The position numbers and the translations under genes are program-made. Of a stretch of 64,000 nt of DNA, positions 56,801 to 64,000 are shown one piece after another (positions within the stretch are counted from its first letter, which is position 1; every line of letters starts with the position of its first letter). Below the pieces are notes generated by a model. It worked only from the letters and a program-made list of their open reading frames with translations, was not told the origin of the DNA and ran no database searches. Source of the stretch: Callorhinchus milii (Eukaryota); NCBI RefSeq assembly GCF_018977255.1, contig NW_024704765.1, forward strand, positions 5,952,001 to 6,016,000, written 5' to 3'.

Positions 56801-58796
56801 GGTGGATGTTAAAGTTCCCACAGCTCTATTCAGAGTTTCTCGCAGTGTCCTGGCCAACAAACCATCAGATAAATTGTTAAATTTATAACTGTTTAATGGG
56901 ACCTTGTGATGTGCAAAATGGCTGCCATGTTATCCTACAGAAAACACATGAGAATAATTACTTTAAAGAGCTATAGATACTATAAACATACAAGTTCTTT
57001 CCTTTTTCTTCTAAATCTAAACCTTTCATTCCTACCAATTACTGTAAATCAGGCTAAATTTGCTAACTGAATCAGGCAGTTTATCTGAACGCCTCCAACA
57101 TCACTGTAAAGTTGAAGCTTCACTACTTCCTCCTAACATGTCTCTTGGTGGATGAGTCATCTTTTGTTCAGGAACCAGTGTTTCCAGCTGCACCAGAAAG
57201 GCAGCTCTTAAAGAAACACTGTAACTGCTCTTTAAAGCACTGTATAGATTAGCTAGGCCTCCGCAGGGGGAAACCGCTAGCCTCAGTGACTTGGACAACC
57301 TTCCCTGTACCATGGGTTTAAAACTGTGGTATTTCTCAGCCTAATTCCTCAATAAGGAACCTCAGTGTTACAAAGTGAGGACTCCTATTAACCAGAGATG
57401 CCACACGTCAGACCAGTCCTGTGAGAAACTCTACCTCAATGCAATCTACTTTCAAATCAGTGTTCCAACTGGTTGTCAAGCAGGAATTCCTTGTTAAACT
57501 GGCTGAGAAATGCCACTACACAGGCTCCGATATTAACCAAATAAGTGGAGTCCTGTAGCTCAGTGGTTAGATTGGAAGTAGATTGCATTGAGGTAGAGTT
57601 TCTCACAGGACTGGTACGACGTATGGCAAGTGAGAGACCTGTGTTTGATTCCCGGCAGGGGGTGAAACCTTGGGCAAGTTTCCTTACTCCACTCGCCTGA
57701 TAATAATCCCTCAAGAAAAAAAACAATAATAAATTAGTCACTTCAATCTACGACTGTTTGTGGGACACTGCTGTGCTCAATTTGCTGCCGCATTTCACCC
57801 ACAATTTTTTTTATCAATTCACTTTACAGTCTATTCTGTGAACTGCTTTAAGACCTCTAGAAGACGTGAAAAAGTTCTATATCAAGTGCAAGGATTATTG
57901 TTACCAAGCGAAGTCTCTACAAACAATGACACCTCTCTTTACACACATCACTTTGAAGTTTCAGTTTGCTCCAGTCTTGAAATGATGGATCTCTGAAGCT
58001 TGTCTGTGACAGGCTTTGGACAGAAGCTGTTGTACTTTCAGTGTGGCCTTGCTGTCAAGATCCCTCCTAACTGAAACCTACCAGGGTGAAATGTTTTAAG
58101 ACTCACTGGTTCTATTACTGAAATGGTCAAGTGTTGCAATCCTCAAGCAAATTGCAACAGACTTAACGTTGCTACACTAAAGCTGCTAAAAGCAACTTCC
58201 ACCTTGGAGGAAAGTGCAATAGTCAAGTCATAGAAGGAAACAGGCAATGCAGGTCAGACAATAAGGCTGTAGGCGGAGATTGCAAAAAGTAGGGAGGTTG
58301 GGCAAGGTTTGTGAGATCATGAACACAATCCATTGGGAAACGGAGCCACTGGAACTTGGCAAGGGCGAATGGGCACAGTGTGGAAGAGGATACTGTCTGC
58401 AGATTTCTGTATGAGCTCAAGCTTATGAAGGGTGGAGCAAGGACAGCCAACAAGGAACGGATTAAATTATTTTTGATGTACAGTAGGTATGAGTGATTAA
58501 TGTGAAGAGGAGAGACTTAACATTTAGTCAGAGCATTTAGTGAAAAGCAGTGTGCTAAACAGGGGCTGATCAAATATCTGTGTGGTGACAGAACAGAACA
58601 TGATAATTGGCATATTACTAACCAAAACTTCAGAGAATGCTTTTTCTAGTAAATTTTTATGTTGTCTTGTTTACAGAAATGTGGAATTCTCCTGTCTCCT
58701 GATCCTACAGATGAAGGGTGCTTTCCACTGGGCAATCAAATTCTCTGCAAGACTTGCAATTGTCAGTGTGCCAGAGGTGAAGTTCCATACTCATGA
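50823..58796 (+). CDS. FBLIM1: Filamin-binding LIM protein 1 (migfilin); 7 coding exons, 376 aa
   Basis: Exons 50823-51042 (acceptor at 50807), 51402-51607, 52285-52399, 52960-53129, 53256-53434, 54522-54642, 58677-58796 (1131 nt). N-terminal filamin-binding-like motif RKVSSVYIRL, proline-rich region and three LIM domains (CGYC..HEDCLKC; CGKC..HPECFTC; CSVC..HINCYKC..CKTC). Synteny with TMEM82. Confidence 0.93.
51625..52175 (-). mobile_element. L2 LINE 3' fragment
   Basis: Minus-strand translation PDLITPYQLVRSLRSAD...SFKSRLKTFHFDCAF, then the L2 tail. Confidence 0.8.
52508..52838 (+). mobile_element. tRNA-derived SINE in an FBLIM1 intron
   Basis: GGAGTCCCCGTAGCGTAATGGTTAG head and (ATT)n tail. 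Confidence 0.88.
57547..57903 (+). mobile_element. tRNA-derived SINE with a 58-bp inverted insertion in its head
   Basis: Head GGAGTCCTGTAGCTCAGTGGTTAG, foreign segment 57571-57628, then AGTGAGAGACCTG...TTTGATTCCC, body and tail. Confidence 0.88.
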
Positions 58797-59904
58797 TTCG
58801 AGTGGAGTTGAAGTGGAACACAACCTGTGAACTGCTGGAGAATTTGATACCATTTGCGCACTTCATACATCTCAACTGCACCATTTTGCTTCATTCCAAA
58901 GGTTTACATTATAACAATTCCAGCAGAGCTTCACCATCCAGCTACTCATTTAAGCTTCTCACAAAATCCTTTAATAGAATATTTTGCTTTAGTCAGCCAC
59001 ATGGAAACCCCACCCGTTTAAGGTTATCTGAACCAGACACGAGTTCAAGCCCACATAAGCATGTGTGTGGATTCTATAGAATCAGTGAAAAGGGAACTGG
59101 GTGAGTGAGTACCTGAGAAGTAAAAACATGAGGGTAGTTGTGGAAAGAGTTGGAAAATGAAATTTATAAAAAAAACTTAAGAAGATATGCAGGACAGGCC
59201 AAGTGACCTCCTACAGGGCCAAAAATTTCTATATCTCCACCTGTAAATCCCATAACATGAATTATTTTAGTTGATAGGAACTTGTTGAATTGCTTTATAA
59301 AGCCATTTGTGGTTCCATTGCTTGCGTGGTACTTTGTTCCTGTGACATGACTATGGCTTTGACTATATCTGTGTCTGGGCTGGTCTTTTTTCCTTCCTCA
59401 ATTTTAATTTCACTCGGTTGTTTGTGAGACTTTATTGGTGTTATGTTGTTATGAATGTTATGTTTCCTTGGGTTTGCATGCATAACATTCTATATTTTAT
59501 ACAATTTTATTATTTCCAGATCATCATCCCATTTTTTGACTTGTTTCATTTGGGTTCCGTCTGCCTTGCCATTCTGTCTGACTCCTGGTTATCCTGTGTT
59601 ATATTCCCCTTCCAACCCAAAGTGACCCCAAATATCAAATAAATTGTCTGCTCATCCCATTGTTGCTTATGAGACTGGTGCTGATTAGCTGCCATGTTTG
59701 CCTATGTACTGTAAAACATTCACTGCATCTCTAATGAATTATACTTTGGAAAGCACTTCAAAATGTTTGGTTTTATGTGAAAGTTACTACTGTATATAAA
59801 TGCAAATTAACATCCTTTTGACTAAATATTTCTCTGGCATTTCCTATTTTTATGTTGTTATTTTGAATTTTAACAACAGAAAACATATTTGAAACAACAT
59901 TTCC

Positions 59905-60115
59905 AACCCTGGAAATCTGGAACTCTCTCCCCCAAAAGGATGTGGATGCTGGTTCCATTCACATCTTCAAGACTGAGGTGGATAGATATTTATTAGGTCA
60001 GGGTATCAAGGGATAGGGGGCAAAGGTGGATAATTGGAGTTGAGGTACAGATCAGCCATGAATTGCGGAATAGACTCGAGGGGCTAAATGGCCTACTCCT
60101 GTTCCTATGTTTCTC
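59905..60115 (+). mobile_element. CR1-type LINE 3' terminus
   Basis: TGGAACTCTCTCCCCCAAAAGG...AAGACTGAGGTGGATAGAT...GAGGGGCTAAATGGCCTACTCCTGTTCCTATGTT. Related copies at 43255-43410 (+), 50420-50555 (-) and 36760-36860 (-). Confidence 0.8.
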
Positions 60116-63100
60116 CCCATACTCATGATATTAAATGTGTAAACATGTAAATGTGCCAATAGCTTGGTGTGTGACTGCCATTTAATTTGGTAATGAACTT
60201 TATAAACTAGAAAGATCTGTTCTATCAGGACATTCTCAGCTAGGATCGTGATGACCATTGGCCACAGCAACTCCCAAGATTTGGTGATTGAGAGAAGGGT
60301 GAGTTTCAGTCAGAGTTTGCTAACTATTCAATAACCATTAAAGGAGTTCATCTGTATCCTAGATGAATATAATATGGCAGGCTTGGCTGAGACTACAGCT
60401 CAGAGATTATTCCCATTCCCATAAAACAATGCCCATCCCAACCAATAAAACAACTTATTCACTAGAAAAGTTAAGGGAGGAGAATAAAGTTATTAACTGT
60501 AATATGTTTAATACAGTCAAACATCTAGACCAAGGAAGACACAGCAAGATGAACTGCAATGCTAATTTTTGATCATGTATATTACTATGTAACCCAAAAT
60601 CCTCACACAGAAATACACACTCACAAAGCAACCTTCTTCCCAACCAATTTTCCAATAAGTCCCTCCAGAAAGATTCAATTCCAAAAACACCAATGGTACA
60701 ATCAATTGATACCTAACTGGAGGGGAATATATAGTAAAATGTTATTCAGTTCCGCTCATGTGTGGGATGAATTCTGTATTTAACTCTATAATATACAAAC
60801 AAAATTAGATTACAGTATTTATCACATGATCAAGCTTATTCTTCCAGGTACGAAACTACATAAGTGTTTACAAAAGTTTACTCTCTATATCATTTGCTTC
60901 TACTGCTACATAAATTACAGAAATATTACTTATATACCTTCACAATACTGTACACAATGCCACAACTATCTGCTCACAAGATGCCCTCTATACGTTGCTA
61001 CCAAATTAAACGTTTACAATACGTTAAGTAAAAGACAAACATAAACATTTACTAGTTTCAACAAATTACTTTGATACATTTTTTATGATCTTCAAAAATT
61101 TTGTTTCCCATAGACATAAGGCTATTAAAAGTGGTCAGATTGAACAATTGCCAGAATAAACTAGTGTAACCATAGCAAGTGAGGCATTATATTGTCTTAG
61201 CACAAAAATGGCACTACACCAAGCAAGAAGTAGTATCCTTGAATTTTAAATAGTTATTATTGATCACGTCCTCACCATGCTATCTTCCACCTTTTCCCCA
61301 CATACTCAAAGGAAGCAAATATGTGATGAAAGGAAATCCCTTATAAATCATACCAATTTCAAATCATGAAGCTTGATGCTCAAAGACAATGTTTATAGAC
61401 TAATGTTCCGAAATACAGATGGTTCTAAGCATCTATCATTATGAAGGGATCCTGCAGACAAATATAAGGAAATCCTGTATTAAGTTTGTGTTTTAAATTA
61501 TTGAATGATTTTGGCAGTAGAATTTGTTTTCAAATAAGGAACAACACACCAAAGGCAATGCCTGTTTTGGATCCAAGGGAACCAGAAGTACTTTCGTCAG
61601 GTAGGAGTGAATTTAAGTGCTTTCAGAAGAATAACATTAAGTATTCTGAGCACAGCAGGTTTTGTAACTTGGTATCTGATGGGTGGAGCTGTTAAAAGGC
61701 AATAGGCTGCACTTTTCAAGGTTGAAATCTCAAGAAGCATGTTTAAGCTACTGAGGTGAAATTGGTTTTAGGCAAAAAACGTTACTAGGGCAAGTTGTGA
61801 AAATTGTCTAAAATTATCCCAAGGTCTAGTTCTGTTGAACAACCCGTTTCCCTGCTGTTTTCCTGTGTTGTATCATTCTATGTCATTGTTGAGTATAGGG
61901 ATATAGAAAATTTTAGTCTAGCTGAAGAATCAATAGGTTACCTTATTTGCCCCATTCATCCATGTCTGTTATTTTAGTTACAGCTACAATGCAATTAATA
62001 AAATTATTCCAAAATACAGCACTCAGAAACATTGTGAGGGTAGCAAATTATCAAATCATTCATGGGCCAGTCAGAATACCAGTCTAGCAAATGATCACAC
62101 CTTAAATACTATGTAATGAAACTGCCAATTATTTTACAGTAATAGACATGTATAAAACAGCACAAAAACGTGTAACCAGAAACGTATTAAATTTATTTTT
62201 TAGAACTGAACAGTATTTTCCTATTAAATAATGTATTCCTATAAATTATGACAAATCTTGGGGCTACCTAGCATCAGTACTCCCTTTGCTGAGAGAGCAA
62301 GTAGCATTATCCAAGACTACCAAAAATTCCTACCGACTACCAGTCACAACTGTACATCTGATCTTTTCTCCCCTACAACCTTCATTCGATGCCGCTCAGG
62401 TTAGGAATGGAATCTACATCGATCTCCAAGTGTACAAGCAAGTTCTAGAGCACTAATGCTGGAACCCTTCACTGGCTCCATTTCTATCACCTTTCCGAGA
62501 TAGCACACTGAGCAGGACAAACACATGATTTTGAGCATGTCATTTTGAGCAATATAACTTCAGGTGCCACCAGAAGATCTCAAAGCAGGATTTAGACACA
62601 TAACAGAAAAGAGTAATTTCTCATCCTAAATGGCATATTACGCTTTATTCTGTGGAATAATAGCTGACTTAAAAGTATAAGCAGGTGAGAACAAATTAGT
62701 TAATCAGATCATGAAGCAGGTTTCTTCATGTCAATTACAAGTCTAGCAAACACTTCCTCTTTACTCTGGTCATATAACCAAAGAGTTGTTTACTCTTAAA
62801 ACATAATCCATTAACATTCTTGGATCTCATTACCCCTCTATTAAAACAATTCCACGAAACTTGTTTTCCTCTCTTTACCAAATAATTTATTTTCTTAGCA
62901 ACTTAACTTTGAATAGGGGAGGGTTGGGTTCTGTCAACATTTGAATCCTGCTTCCATATCAGCCCTTCTTGCGTTCATTGATAATATTACAAGGTCAGGA
63001 AGCTCTTACTCCATTTTATTGAAACCATTATGCTCATTGCTCTCCAAAATTCCTTTCTTTTTCTTCCCAAGTTCCAAATAAGTTGTTTTACATTTGCTGT

Positions 63101-64000
63101 ATTCTGCGTTGCAATAAAAAAATGCACCATCTCGTCTAACCTTTCCCAAGACCTGCAGTGTGAAACTCCTCGTCTCCTGCAGTCTTCCCTTTTTCTACAA
63201 TCTACAGGATTTCTTAAACGTACTCCGCTTTTCTTCAATTTTGGTAGACTGTCCCCTTCCAACCTTCAATAAATGTTAGCTATGATTTAATAAATATTCA
63301 GTTGAACCACATACCCAAGAAACTCTTAAAACTGATCTTATTGGTTTTTGTAATCTCTGCATCACACTTATTGGAAAAGATTGATAATGGGTTCCATGGA
63401 CATGACCATCAGTTAATTGTACAGATGTATTAGGTTTTAGGGTTTACATTTCTAGGTAGAGACTATTATTTGCTTTATCTCTTAGTAAATAGAACATGTT
63501 AAAAACAAAGCTTTGTAAGAATGAGACTTTACAATTCAGATGAATGCTTGCGGCTGCCTCATTTCAGCAATATTTTTATTCATGGTTTTGTAAGTGTGTA
63601 CACACACAGAGTTGCAATTAAAAGGCAAAACAACCCCATTTACAATTATATAACAAATGAAACCATTTCGATATATATATACATAAAAAACTTGAAAGCT
63701 AGCAACCAGTTGGTCTCCAATTTCAGAAGAAATGCATCCAGTGCATTTGCTTTCACTCGATCGCAAGTTTAAAACAAGTTATCTAACGCAAACCAAGTAT
63801 TATTATTATATCTGAGGAGTAGACAGAATCCACTTGTGGCAGGGTTATTACGAATGGAGACTTCAGGCGTACTAAGCATTTTTCCAGATACGCCAAAATA
63901 AAGATGGCATATCGCTTCGGTTTGTATTCTTGGAAACGCCCAAAACAATAATTTGGGACACGTTAAATTCTAGCCGCAACGTAGTTCTGTCGAATCAACT

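Noticed and set aside
62987-63262. 91-aa minus-strand ORF
   Set aside because: Non-ATG start and no recognisable protein similarity.

Overview
Vertebrate genomic DNA, most likely a cartilaginous fish (holocephalan-like tRNA-head SINEs, L2, CR1, Deu-domain SINEs and Penelope remnants; taxon is inferred). Five intron-containing protein genes can be assembled by hand with GT-AG boundaries and consistent reading phase: PLEKHM2/SKIP (+, 20 exons, ~1063 aa), SLC25A34 (+, 5 exons, 312 aa), TMEM82 (+, 6 exons, 346 aa), a 2-exon Bcl-2-family gene on the minus strand (~199 aa, very likely Bcl-wav/bcl2l16) and FBLIM1/migfilin (+, 7 coding exons, 376 aa). The order PLEKHM2-SLC25A34-TMEM82-FBLIM1 matches human 1p36, but the Bcl-2-like gene sits where the human block has no such gene. 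Notable non-coding signals include a 34-bp promoter minisatellite that multiplies a GC-box plus TGATTGACAG (PBX-PKNOX/MEIS) module, CLEAR/CRE sites, and a 1.3-kb 9-mer G-rich array abutting an L2 remnant. Others are an RBFOX-flanked 60-nt exon carrying the second kinesin-light-chain motif of SKIP, a candidate 39-nt cassette exon, a CArG box between divergent genes, and a SINE head interrupted by an inverted copy of its own flank. There is one 365-N assembly gap. Gene identities come from recognising translated sequence and synteny; no database search was run.
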